Below, in pieces: positions 12,952-25,459 of a stretch of 64,000 bases of DNA. Position 1 is the first letter of the stretch; every line of letters starts with the position of its first letter. This DNA comes from Vicugna vicugna. Its lineage: Eukaryota. A program made the translations under genes and the position numbers. The notes below the pieces were generated by a model. The model worked only from the letters and a program-made list of their open reading frames with translations, ran no database searches and was not told the DNA's origin. The stretch is from the NCBI GenBank assembly GCA_013265495.1, contig MU058584.1:2794508-2858507 (forward strand), written 5' to 3'.

Positions 12952-13688
12952 CTGCGAGGAAGCCAGGAGACATTAGGACCTGGGGATGTGCATGCATGGG
13001 GCAGCTGCCAGCAGGAGGCAGCTCTTCTGGGCTCCTTGATTAGAAGAAAGAGCCTGGAAGGGGACACTAAGGCAGCTGGAGAATCCCTAATCCTGGGGAG
13101 CTTCAGAAATAGAGCTCTTGTTAAGCCTCTTAAAGGTGGAAGTTGGACCTGTGACCTCTTGAGAAGCTCTTGAATTCTGTGGCCATGCCCCAGAACAGCC
13201 CTCACCACCCCCCATTCACGGTGGGTGAGAGCAAGAGCTAGCCTGCTTCTGTGGACGCCCGTCTCCAGCCCTAACGAGCCAGTGTTCCTTACGTCCTCTG
13301 TGCCCGAGGGTTCCTGTGAAGACTTGCGGGAGCACTTAGAGCAGAGCACAGCAGAGCGAAGGGCAGGGGCTGTGGGAGCCCTCACCCTTGGATGACCACG
13401 TGTGCGCACCTGCCATGTGCCCCCCAGGCACTGCAGAAGGTTCTGGGGCCCAGGTGAGCCCTTGCCCTCAGGATGGGCAGTTCCTACCTCCTAACACTGA
13501 TGGTAAGCAAGGCGCCCTCAGTCTGCCTCAATTACCAAATTTTGTTCCCGATCTATGACCACTTTATACATTACTTCTTAGTCTGTGTTTATCTTTAAAT
13601 TAGGAAGAGAGAGAGATTAAAAAAAAAATAGTAGACTCTGCCCCTGAGGGGCCCATGGTCTGTTTGGGGAGATCATATACACAGAGAT

Positions 13689-13850
13689 GCATACACACAC
13701 ACTCACACATGTGCGCGCATGCACACCCTCCCCACTCTCACACATGCACATGCACACACACACATTCACTCACACTCATACACCCTTGCACACACTCATA
13801 TTCACCTGCCCTCACACACTAGTACACACTCTCACACACACTCTCTCTTC
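13689..13850. repeat. Degenerate (CA)n/(CT)n microsatellite in intron 9
   Basis: Direct reading; source of the spurious His/Thr ORF 13687..13899. Confidence 0.85.
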
Positions 13851-14829
13851 TGTAATGAAGGACCTCAGCTGTGAGGCTCACCAAAGGGAGAGACCCTAGT
13901 GTGTGAAGGACTCAGCCTCAGGCCTGCAAGGTCCTTTCCAGGCCCCTCAGTCTGCCACACGGCCAGCCTGCCTCTGTGGTCCCTCTTCGGCTCTCATAAT
14001 CCTTTGTGCCAGTGAAGCGTATGTTTAATGTTATTAATCAGGATGACTGGAAATCAAACAACTCTACTCACAACTTCTAGTAAAAAGGACAAGAGCTGAA
14101 ACCATGTTAATTGCTATGGCTTGAAATCAGCAGTTCCCGGTGGGACTGGCTCTTCACCGGACGTCATGCCATCATTTCATGCAACGTTTTCAAATGGGAA
14201 TTTTAATACTCCTTGAAAATGCGTATCTGTCTACATTAGAGCCACATGAAGTTTTAAGGAGATGTGGGAACATAAGAAAAATAAAGTCGTACCATCTAAG
14301 AGAGTTGGAATTACTTCCCTATGTGGAAACTTTAACGGTCTAGACCAAGGCCAACACAAACCTTCAAAAATGTTGGATTACTCAGCCTCTGAGTGCATTC
14401 AACCAGTATCCCTGTGCAGCGAGAGGCTGTCAGATCAAGGATAAGGAGGCTGAGCGCCTAGTCGTGGCTCTGCCAAGAACCAGTTTTATGGAATTAGGCA
14501 AAGGAGTTGAGTGCTCTGTAAAGTGTGAAGTTGGGCTGAGAGCAGCTCTGAAAGTGGATTTTTTTTTTTTTTTACTCTAAATGCCAAAGTTTGACAATGT
14601 GTGAAGTGCTAACCACACTGTAACACTGCTCTCTTTGCTGTCTGTCCCGGGTTTAGGAGCTGAGATCAGGGCAGTGGAAATAAACACGCCTGCTAATGGC
14701 CACAGTCCCGGGGCAGCCGTCACGTTCCTGGCTCACATGTTGGCAGCAAGGGGGACTCACAGCCTTTGAAGGCACCTGCTCCGCGAAAGAGAGAATATAG
14801 TCCTGTGAGCTCTGTCCCCCACCTGGGTT

Positions 14830-15085
14830 TCTTTTTAATTGAAGTATGGTCAGTGTACAATGTTGTATCAATTTCTGGTGTACAGCATAATAGTTCAGCC
14901 ATACATACACGTACATATGTTCCTTTTCATATTATTTTTCACCGTAAGTTACCACAAGATATTGAATATACTTCCCTGTGCTGTACAGTATGAACTTGTT
15001 GTTCATCTATTTTATATACAGTAGTTAGTATCTGCAAATCTTGAACTCCCAATTTATCCCTTCCCACCCCTCCCCCCCAGCCTCC
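14830..15085 (-). mobile_element. Truncated L1 3' end with TSD CTGGGTTT
   Basis: Reverse complement of the same L1 3' UTR as at 4.3 and 41.9 kb; CTGGGTTT on both flanks (14823, 15089). Confidence 0.85.
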
Positions 15086-16109
15086 TGACTGGGTTTTGAG
15101 CTCTCCTTTGCGGCTAGACGAAGCAGAGCGCCTCGCCCCTGGGAGGTGCACTTCTGGAAAGTCTCCACGGAGTGGCAGCCCTCCACCACCGAGAAAGAGA
15201 AAACCACCTTCACAGGCTGTGCTGGGAACCCCTTACCACTTTCTGCAAACCAGAGGTGACCAGCCTTCAGCACGCTTGCCCACCTGGTGGAGTCATGTGA
15301 CATCCCCAGTGGACCTGCTCGGCCTCGGGGGGTCACCCTCCATCCAGGCAGTGCTGGACGCGCCCAAGGGACATGCGCGGGCCCGGCTTCTGCACCACCT
15401 CCCTGAACCCCCAGGCCCTGCCCTAGTGTTGGCATCTCCCCCTGGTGCCTGGAGGCAGCCCAGGCACCCTCTGGCAGTTCCCTTCCTAAGAAAACAGCAA
15501 GTTCCACGGTTTTTAAAGTGATACTCATTAGAAACCATCTAAATGTCAACCCTGGAGCTATGACTAGATACATTAGGAAGCATCCGCCCTGTGAAATACT
15601 ACAAAAGCACTGAAATCAATAATTCTGCACTTTTCAGTATCTGATAAAATGCCTAAAATAGCTAATGGAGGAAATACACTAAACTGTATGATTTCCTATC
15701 TAAATACACATTTCTATGTATGCATTCATTGATGTGCAAAGCTACTAGAAAGAAATATACCCCCAAAACTTACAATTTTTTACCTGCTTTATTTTTTTGA
15801 ATTTTTTTTCAATTTCCTACTGAAGTATGCTTTGCTTTTAAAATAAGGAAAAAGAGAGTTTTGTTTGTTAAAGAGATAAACAGCACTATCCAGAGCTGAT
15901 TTCCACCCAGGGAAAGGATGGCCCTTCTTAGCCCTGATGCCCTGCACGTACTACTGCGCACAAGAAAACGTGTGGTGCTGCCTTGCGGCTGGGAGATTTC
16001 ATACAGTTCATCCAACACAGGGCTTCCAGGCATCGTCCACTGGCCAGAGGCTGAGCAATGCTGGCAGCCAGGCCCTGCTTGGTGGGTGAGGCTCTTTCAG
16101 TCTCACCTA

Positions 16110-16520
16110 CTGCAGAGGTAGGAGAGACTGCCAGGGGTCCACCAAAATCCCGTCTCCCCTTCTTCCTCGGCATCCAGCTGCATACACTTCCCAGTCTCCT
16201 TTGCGGCTGGCTGGGCCGTGTGACCAAGTCTAAGCCAACGGCAGTGAGTAAAGGGAAGAGGGGTGCTTTCCAGGTCCAGGGGTTGCCCACCTGGCCTCAC
16301 CTCTGTGCTCCTCCCCGTCTACCCCCTCCATCATCAGGAGGCAGAACACAATGCGTCTCGGGGACACGGTGGAGCCCCAAGAAGGAAGGAGCCTGGGTCC
16401 CCGAGTGATGGTGTGGAAGAAAGCCAACGCTCTAGACTGATTACCCACCAAGGGCTGATTTGTGAGCAAGAAATAAACCTGTGTTCAGCTACCAATGTTT
16501 GAGAGGTCTGCTGTCACAGC
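16110..16520. mobile_element. MaLR LTR relic (MLT1-like)
   Basis: cccttcttcct...cacttcccagtctcctttgc...gtgaccaagtct...gaaggagcctgggtccc...gtgagcaagaaataaacct. Confidence 0.6.
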
Positions 16521-17496
16521 TTGCTCTCTCTCCCACCCAAGGCCAGCAAGTTTACCCTCCCACAGGGCCGGGACCCACTTTCTCCGATGCCTTCATTGCC
16601 TCTGACGAAAAAAGGAGCTCCGCCTGCTCTGGACAGCTGATAGACAGCGGCTTATGATCCAGGACAAATGGGTTAATGGAAGTGAGACTTCACAGAGGAA
16701 TAAAAGCCATCCGTGAGAACTGGGAGCATATACAATGAATTCTAAAAAACAAACTAACGTCTTTAAAGCAGTTTTTTCAAGCTTCATTTTCAGGTTTCTG
16801 TGAGATCTGAGGGTCACCTTCTCTCTTATTAACTAGAATTGGCAGAGGACGAAAGCGTTTCTTTAGCTCTGCTTTGGGGGAAACATTTGAGGAAAGCATT
16901 TTCTTAATGACTCCGGAATACTGGTAAAGGGCCTCAGAGATCCTCTGACCAATGTCTTCGTTTGCAGCGAAGGAGCCCTGATCCAGCGCCTTGCCCGAGG
17001 CTACACAGACGGCACACTCAGGGCCAGCGGTCACCCCTCTCAGCTACCAAAGCCTGTACCTTCTACCACAGGGGGCTTCCCTGGGGCCAAAGCAGAGACC
17101 AGTGCGGTCCCCCTGGAAAGCACAAGCTCTCTGAAGTCAAACAAACTTGGGTTCATACCTCGCCCCGCCATGCACCGGCTCTGTGACCCTGGGCCAGTTC
17201 CTTGCCCTTTCTGAGCCAAGGTGCCTCTTTAAAATCAGAGATGATGATTCCCATAGTCATTCATTCATTTGCGTATCCATTCAACCTTTCAAGGTGTGTA
17301 GTATGTGTTGAGCACTGCATTAGGCTCTGATGCTGGAATGCTGAACAGTGGGTGAGCAAGAGAGACCAGACCTCTTGGAGCCAATGTTTTATTGGCTTTG
17401 ATCTTGTGAAAAAATCTTGACAGTGCCTGCTGCACGTCACCATCCATCAGTGGCGAATAAGAAGAGTTACCATGGTCATTACCAGCACGCCCTCAC

Positions 17497-17602
17497 CTGC
17501 CTGGCTGTTCCGGGTACTTCTGCTTGGTGTACGCCTCGAGGGTGGCATAAACTTTCTCTCGCAGAGTTTCTACCTCGGAGGGGTTGGACAGACCCTTGGC
17601 AT
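17497..17602 (-). CDS. RXRG: RXRG coding exon 9 (106 nt; [36 protein letters not shown])
   Basis: Acceptor CTTTTTCAG|AT, donor GCAG|GTGAGG; peptide in ORF 17493..17675. Confidence 0.97.
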
Positions 17603-17989
17603 CTGAAAAAGATGACGATTTTAACCACTGGTTACACACCTCTGCTGGACACCCCACTACAAAGGCTGTCCCCATTCACTACACAGGCCACCTCCCGTGG
17701 AGTGACCAGAGACACGCTGGATGGGGGACAACTGTGAAAAACACAAAGCTAGTTCTTTGTGCCCCAGCTCTCCTTTCTGTACCCCATCTACCCAATAAAC
17801 TCCTGGGGCAAAAATACCCACCACTGACTCCAAGGAGGAGAGTTTTATTTTACTGAGTGCTTACCAAGTGCTAAGCATGGACTGAGTGAAGGGATGGGGG
17901 TACAAAAACCTGACAGGCCCACGTCCTATATCAATTAACTGACCACCTAATTCAGGAGATGGAGCGCGTGCATAAATCACCATGTAATT

Positions 17990-18680
17990 CTGAAAACTCC
18001 TCTTTCTTGACCCCCAGCAGCATCTGACATGGCAGATCACTTCCTCTTTCTCGAATTGCTTTTCTTCCCTGGGCCCCCAGGACCCCACTCTCTCGTTCTT
18101 CCCTGTCTCACTCACTTTCTTTGCAACATCTAAATGTCGCCAGTGCCCCAGGGCTCAGCCCTCAGCCCTGTTCTCCGCTCTGCCTCAGTGTGCCCCCCTG
18201 ATGAGTGCATACCAGTCTCAGAGCCTGGCATGCCAGGTCTAGGCTGACGGCTCTCAAACGTACGTCTCAGGTCCTCTTCTCTGAACTCCAGACTCACGTA
18301 AACAATTGCTTCTTGGACACCTACCCAGATCTGAATGTCTGGGTAAAGACATTCATTCAGCTGCATACAGTCCCCAGTCCCCTTTGCAGCTGGCTGGGCC
18401 ACTTGATTGAGACTTGGCCAATGACAGTGAGTAAAAGGAGGAGGACCCATTCCAGGTCTAGGTGTCTCCTACCCATCCACCCTTAGGAGCCCCATTTCAG
18501 TCCATGAAAAATCTGCTTTTCCAACTGCTCAGGAAAACAAAAAAAAATCCTAAGAATTATATTTAATACCTCTCTTTGTTTCACACCTTATATGCAATCC
18601 ATCAGCAAATCCCATTGGCTTTGCCTAAAAATACATTCAGAACCTGACCATGTTTTAACACCTCCTTTACTACTACCCCA
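17990..18680 (-). mobile_element. L2 fragment, interrupted by an MLT1-like piece at 18354-18473
   Basis: cagcagcatctgaca...gtgccccagggctcagccctc...ctctgaactccagactc...caatccatcagcaaatccc. Confidence 0.6.
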
Positions 18681-18917
18681 GGCCTCTGTGCTCGCTTGTC
18701 TTCCCCACTCGCCCCTCAGCATGCGCACTCCTAGCCCACTTGACACACTTTTTTCAAGACGGCTGGAGGAGCACAGGCCATGAAGAGTCAGCGCTCTGCC
18801 CTCCCCAAGGGCAGGTTTCCTGGCCCTGCCTTCTCTGTCTCAGCCGAGCTAGGGGACCACAGAACATCAGCGCACTGGGGGCTGACCACGGAGAAGGGCT
18901 ACGCACTACGCAGTCAC

Positions 18918-19009
18918 CTGGGTTAAACAGCACGATGGCTCGCAGGCACCCCAGCTCCGACTTATCCATCTGCATGTCTTTCATCTTGGAGACCAGCTCG
19001 GTGAGGACT
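18918..19009 (-). CDS. RXRG: RXRG coding exon 8 (92 nt; [30 protein letters not shown])
   Basis: Acceptor CTGCGAACAG|AG, donor CCAG|GTGACT; peptide in ORF 18754..18984. Confidence 0.97.
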
Positions 19010-20211
19010 CTGTTCGCAGGAAACGATGGCAGGTGATGAGAAGATCATGAGTACCAGGCCAAGGGCTGATAAAATGGATGCAACCTGTACTTATTATATA
19101 CCCACCCCATTTTCTAGATGATGTGCCAGGTGCTAGGGGCACAAAGATGAGTAAGATGCAGCCCCTGATCTCAAGGAGCTCACGGTTGAATTGAAGAAGG
19201 AGACAGAGAAGCAACACATAGCAGCAGCACAAAGCCAATAAGCGGCATGATCAGGGTCCCAGGGAACACCAAGGGGAGGGCAGCGAGCTCAGAGAGGGGG
19301 CTGCAAAGGCAGCCTAGAGGATTGGGAAACTGGTAGAAATGCAGCCAGCAAAGCAGGGCGAGGGCTTCGCATGTCCGGAAGAACACAGCGGAGGACAGTG
19401 TTCAGTGACGAGGGGAAATCTCCAGGCACCATCAAGAGGGCTGAGTTCACTGAAGACCATGTTGGTCTCCGTGTGGAACATGTTGTGGGCAAAGGCAGGG
19501 AAGGAGTAGAGACATCTTAAGTAGACATGCACTTGGCCCTGGAAGGCCACTTATAATGGGGTTAGAAAGGGATCACGGAGCTCAGGCATTGGACAGAGAG
19601 ACTGTTTTCAACCTCATCCTTCTTTTTGCCAGTTCTCCATCCAGTCACCCCCAAGGCATTCATCTCTGCCCATTTCACTCAGTTCTTTAAATCACCTGGC
19701 TAAATTTCCCTTTAGCACCACTGAAGGCACAGAACCCCAGACTGAGGCTGTTGCTGCCTGACGGAGGTAGGTCTTCCCCTGCTGCTGGCCTCCCCCAGGG
19801 ATCCTGGTGCAGCGTCTAGCAAACCCTTCAACTCATCTTTCCTGGACTCCTAACGTCAGATCCTGCACCCCTCTTCCCATCCTGCCTCCTAGGAAAAGCA
19901 GTTCAAGCTCCCCTCCCCTACCTTACTGGGTACTGTCAATAATCCAGTCTCTTCCTTGGAAACCCACTGGGATCACAGGTTCCTTCGTCTGCCAGTAACT
20001 GTTGGCCTGGGGCTCCATCTCCTGTATCAACCTTTCTTTTAATCCCTTCTCATTCCCCAGGTTTATGTTTTCAGATGCTGAATGGTCTCTGCTCCCAGCC
20101 ACATACAGCTGTGTGGGCCATCCATCCCCCATCCCAGCATTACCCACAGGGACCCGCCCACACGTGCACACACGTACACACACACAAGCACTGGAGGCAG
20201 AAGAGAGCCAC

Positions 20212-20344
20212 CTGTCAAAGATGGAGCCGACCCCAGCGCTGTGGGCACTGCTCCGGTGGACGTGTAAACCCGTGGCCAGAAGGATGCCATCCTGCACAGA
20301 AACCGAGCGGTGGGAAAAGGAGGCGATGAGCAATTCATTCCACC
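20212..20344 (-). CDS. RXRG: RXRG coding exon 7 (133 nt; [14 protein letters not shown]...GVGSIFDR)
   Basis: Acceptor TATCCTTGCAG|GG, donor GACAG|GTGGCT; peptide in ORF 19923..20438. Confidence 0.97.
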
Positions 20345-21436
20345 CTGCAAGGATAAGAAGGGAGCCTTGAGGGACACCTGACTGCACTGTTGCTTCATTG
20401 ATAATCATCCAGGTTCTTATATTATCATGCCTTGGCATAAAAGTAGAACCAGAAATCCAGGGAGGTCAAAAACTAGCTCCGGACAACGCCAAAGTCAGTG
20501 AAGAAACAAAGGATAAGACTGAGGTCCTCTGACGTGTGGCTCTGTCCATCTCCCACCACCTCCCCAGTGCAGCCCAGAATGGCAACTTGAGGACAAACAC
20601 TCTTTTTCTCCCCAAGTCCATCAACAAATATGGATTGAAGACTTCACAGGTAATAGTCACTATGTTAGCTGCCATGGTGGATAAAGCGAGGACACTGTGC
20701 AGTCTCTGCCCCCAGGACCTGGCAACCTAGTTTTGTATCTCTGACGTTGTCTAGGGGGACCCAGCACTGTATACAGCTTTCTGTCAACACTCAGGGATCA
20801 CTCATTATCTAACAGGGATGAAATGAGTGGCCTGGCTCCCAAGGCTCAGCCAATCTTCATGAAATTTCCCTGCTGGCTCAGTGACAAAGAGGAGATTTGG
20901 CATATGTCAACTGCACCGTGTCCCAGAAATGGGAGGCAGGGGAGATTACAGCACAGAGCATCTTAAAATAGGAAGGGACCCCGGAATCCATCTGGTACAA
21001 GCCTGAGCAAAAATCTTTGGCTTCCCCTACTTCACCTGTGAAATGGGACTATCTCTATTGTTCCAGTTTCATAACAATAATAAGACACAGCTTCAGACCA
21101 TCCTCAATAAAAATGTTTGAACTGTCTTTGAAAATTAAATGCAAATTATAAAGCCAGGGTAAAATCTGCATGGAAAAAGAATCTTCCTCCTCCATTAACA
21201 AATAGCGTTTCATCTGGGAATGAAAGGTTTGGGGAAGGGCCATCCAAATTTGAACCCACAAATAATATAAAAAAGAACAACCTTGCATAGAGTTATCCTG
21301 TCACAGCAAGGTGCACAGCTTGGATGGGTTACAGACCCATCAGATTGCTTGTTTTATGATCCCAAGTGCTAATTTCAAAGTGGCAGCCCCAGTGCTTGTC
21401 CCCAGAAGAAAGGATTCTTCTGTCCTTTTCCTTTAC

Positions 21437-21566
21437 CTGCCCGGAGCAGAATGACCTGGTCCTCCAAGGTGAGGTCGGAGAAGTGGGGGATGCGCTTGGC
21501 CCATTCAACGAGCGTGAACAGCTGCTTATCAGCAGCATGGCATATGTTGGTGACAGGGTCATTCGT
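21437..21566 (-). CDS. RXRG: RXRG coding exon 6 (130 nt; [43 protein letters not shown])
   Basis: LBD signature WAKRIPHF...DQVILL; acceptor CCCTTTTCAG|ACG, donor GCAG|GTAAAG. Confidence 0.98.
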
Positions 21567-21682
21567 CTGAAAAGGGAACAAAGGACTCTGAAGGAAAGAC
21601 TCTGGGACTCAGACATAACCCCTTCCCCACCTCCAGCCCCATTCAGGAGATGGGAGATGGGGGAAGCTCCAAGACCACATAC

Positions 21683-21843
21683 CGAGTTTTCCATGTTCAT
21701 GTCACCATAGGATTCCGTCTTTGGTTCAACGGCAAGTTCAGCTTCTAGAATCCTCTCCACAGGCATGTCTTCATGGCCGCTGCTGGCACACTCCGCCTCA
21801 CTCTCTGCCCGCTCCCGGCTTCTCTGCCTCTCTTCTTGCACAG
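21683..21843 (-). CDS. RXRG: RXRG coding exon 5 (161 nt; T-box/hinge and LBD helix 1, AVQEERQR...DMNMENS)
   Basis: Acceptor TTCCTGCCAG|CT, donor TCG|GTATGT; peptide in ORF 21329..21889. Confidence 0.97.
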
Positions 21844-24800
21844 CTGGCAGGAACAAGGACATGCATCTGTTACCGTAGGCCCAGGACAACTGTGGGAAAG
21901 TTAGTTACCTACCTAAGCCTCAGTCTCCTCATCTGTAAAATGGGCATCATCATGGTGATGAATCAGGGACCTTGTATTGTTAACAGATGAAACCAAGAAA
22001 GCAGAGCTGTTTGGTTATGCCTGTGCCGAACTATGGGTTTTTAGTCCATATTCTTTCCAGTTCATTTTGGTGACCACTCAAAGAAGCGTACATTGTAAGC
22101 TTGAATAACCTCCAATTCTGCCCTTTCTTTTAATGACCCACTGTCTCCTTACACGCAGTCTCCCGTATCCTTCCTCCACCTGCTACCTCGAATAAACCAT
22201 GAGCATGCAATAGTTAAGTAGCAAGCACATTACTCTAAAAACTCCTTCTGTCAGATCCTATGCATCATCCTTGGCATTCACGTCCCATTAGGTCTGCCCC
22301 CAGTGCACCGGCCTGAACACAACATCACCTGATCTGACTTGTCAGGGAAGATCTTCGGGGAGCCATGTGAGTATCTAGTCAGCGAAAGGGTGGAGGAATG
22401 TCACCTAGATGACATTTCAGAATCAGCAGCCGAAATGGAGGGGTGGAGAAGGGTACATAGGGAAAGGGGTAGGCTGGAATTATCTCAGCCTCCCAAAACT
22501 TAGGGTTTCCATCAAAGAACCCCCTGGGTCTATACATTAGGATGTGAGGCTGACCCCCTCCCCAGTTCTGTCCTCTTCATTGGGAGAACAGTCTCAATTG
22601 GGTTAGTTCCCATCCTTTCAAAAGCTACAGTTTGCATCTTCTTATTCTCAGGAGCAATAAGCAGAATGCAATATTAAAACATATTTTTTTTAATCCCAAG
22701 GATCAAGGAAATTCTGCTCTAAGCAGGTAGCTAAGCAGGAACTCAGGGACAGCTACTCCATCAGCCACTTCAGCCTCCCATCTCCTCTCCCCGCCTCCCC
22801 ATCGTCCACTCTCCGAGCCACCTCCTACTCTCTGAGGGGATAAGGAGCCACAGAGGCTACAGAATGAACTGGAACTGGATGCTGGACATCTGGTTTGTCA
22901 CACAAGTGATATTATTGATCTCTCAAAGTAGGTCAGAGAAGGGGCTGACAGCAAAAACACGGCTGATGCTCCGAAGTCTCCAGCAGCAGAGATACACCAA
23001 GAAGCCTCAAGCTGAGAATGATATTCAGGGTTGGGGGGAGGGAGGGGAGGAAGGAAGAAATAAAGGAAGAAAGAGAAGAGAGATTAAAGCAGGGGAGGAA
23101 GAAAAAGAAGAAACAGAAGAGAAAGAGAACATAGAAAAGAAAATAGGAGAAGACCAAAAATCATGAGTCAAAGAAATCTTTTTCAAATTGGGCATGACCA
23201 CTTCCTAGCTAGTAACATCAGACATATTTCTCAGCCTACCAAGCCTCAGTTTCCCTATATGTAAAGTGAAGATTATAGTACTTAGCTGAGACTGTTTTGT
23301 AACACTTAAATGGAATAATTATTTAAAAGGTCAGAAAAGGTAGCATTTTCCCTCCCCTCGGTCTCTCTTTACACTCTCGGGTTCTGCTCTGGTCCTCTCT
23401 CCATGCCTCCTTTGATCTCTTCCTTCCTCTTCTTGTTTCTCTTCCTCCCTCACCCTTTCTTTCTGTCCGTTCTATTAGTCTCCACTCACTGACAATATAC
23501 AGAAGCTCTTACGTGTGTTTTTATCATCAGTTGGATCCACTGGTTAAAGTTGAATGCTCCTCGTATTAATTTTTTTTAAGGTAGGTTAATGGGCTTCTAT
23601 TTGTCTTGATTTGAAAAGATGGGGGAAAGCAAACTAAATTCCTTTTTTGACCCTCGGTCAGTTTCTTCTGCAGATTAGTAACACTCAAAGAAACAACCTT
23701 GGCTTCAGGGTATCAGATTCTAATTTCAATTTTGCCACTAACTGAGTGATCCATTGCTATTCACTCCTTTTTGTGTGTGTGTGCCGTAAATCTTACTGTC
23801 GTAAAGGAGGAGTCGTGTGTGTTGTTGGAGGAAATCTTCTACGGGGAGGACATTCTGAGCTACTGCTACTACATCCAGCTGGGCACTTTCAGGGGATCTA
23901 CAAGAGGATTAGAATAGAATTTTACCCCTTAGTCCAATATATATTTATTGTGATGTACTAAAATAGCCAACATTTACGAAGCTCTTGCTCTGTGTGAGAA
24001 GTATGCTCAACACTTTACATAGATTGTATTTCATTTAACCTCCATAAGAAACCTCTGAAGCGCTATGAGCCACAGAGAAGTTAGGTAACCCGTCTGAGGT
24101 CACAGAGCTGGGAAGTGGTGGAGCCAGGCTGGCTGCCTCCAAAGCCCGTCTCTAACCCCTCTGTACTCCCTCCAAGGCTCTGGGCTCTTTGGACTAATAA
24201 ACCAAATGGATGTCTAACACTGCCCACAAATTGCCTCAAAAAGAACCCATTCTTTAACTATCCAGACTACATTAAATGACCAAAAATCATGGAAAGAGAC
24301 TTCTCCAGAACCTCTGAGGGCTGTTTGGTGGCCTGGAACTCAGGAGGCCCCAGTCCTACATCAGCTCTGCCCTCAGCTTGCTACTACGTAAGCATAGGCA
24401 AGACCCTGGCCTCTCAGAACCTCTGTTTCTTCTTTCAGGAGGTGAATGTGTTACATCAGATAATAGCAAATATCCATTCCAGCCTCACCATTATGCATCC
24501 TGGACCCGGGGAGATGAATTCTGAGCCCACCCTAATTTTATCTCTTTCTGTCCATCCAACTCCCTCGGAGTCTAAATGCCATTGTATCACTCAGTTATCT
24601 GTTCCAGGATTTTATTATTTTTGTCCTCATGAAGGTGTCCAAACTGAGCCCCCAATTCTGTAAATCAAGGCCAGAAATGATAGCGGTGAAGGAAAGGCTG
24701 TCCAGTAACCCTTAAAAAGTGACCCTTCATATAGTGAGATGAAGAACTGATTCCTTTCTTTGCTTTCTCTTTCTCAGGGTAAATAGTATCAATTCCTTCA

Positions 24801-25459
24801 GCAACTTCCCAGAGAGCCCTTTTTGCCTCCTAATTTTTATTACTCAGATTTTCATCACTCCTGTTTCTCCACATTATTTTTTATAATGCGTGATCCAAAA
24901 CCAGACCCGATTTTCTGTTAAAGAGTCAGAATAATACTAGGTTTAAAAGAAAAACTGCCCAGGCTCTTAGAAAATCCACATGTTCCTGTTTGACTTACTT
25001 TCTTAAAATAAAGAACCACCCTCCCCACCATTTGGTCCATGAGCCACTCTGACCCTAATGGAGCCAGAAATATTGAGGCTGAGTTTGGAGAGACAGAATT
25101 AGACTGTGAAGCAGTAGAATCAAGTGAAGGTGATTCCTGATCCGCAGCAATCGTGCTTTGTGCTGACGGGAGACTTGCCTCGGGGTCACTAGTTTCATGT
25201 TTGGACTGTCGTGGTGGTGGAAGCTACAAAGAGTATCAGTTCTATCCTGGTGAAGAGAAGACACTCTCCACCAGCCGGTTTTTCACATCATATGTGCCCG
25301 TCTATGAGATCGTCAACCCCTCTACAGCAAGTATGACATAAGCATAAAGTAGGCACTCCATTCATACTTGAGGAATGAATGACTGCGTGGGTGAATGGAT
25401 CATCTTTAGGAACTCCTGCATTACTAAAAGTTCTGATTCCGATATTCAGTTGAAATCAC

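Noticed and set aside
12693..13173. + strand ORFs overlapping exon 10 (also 27479..27889, 21366..21710, 20002..20370, 54109..54666)
   Set aside because: Antisense shadows of GC-rich coding exons or the CpG island; no recognisable domains
12952..13409. N-terminal ~150 codons of ORF 12804..13409
   Set aside because: Intron 9 sequence that happens to be open; the RXRG match starts exactly at the acceptor at 12952/12951
19010..19030. An RXRB-like 4-aa insertion isoform via an upstream acceptor at the exon 7/8 junction
   Set aside because: No AG 12 nt upstream of the acceptor in this sequence (CGTTTCCTGCGAACAG)
23030..23465. Purine tract (23030-23160) and pyrimidine tract (23350-23465) as a possible inverted repeat
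   Set aside because: Low-complexity complementarity only; no extended exact pairing found
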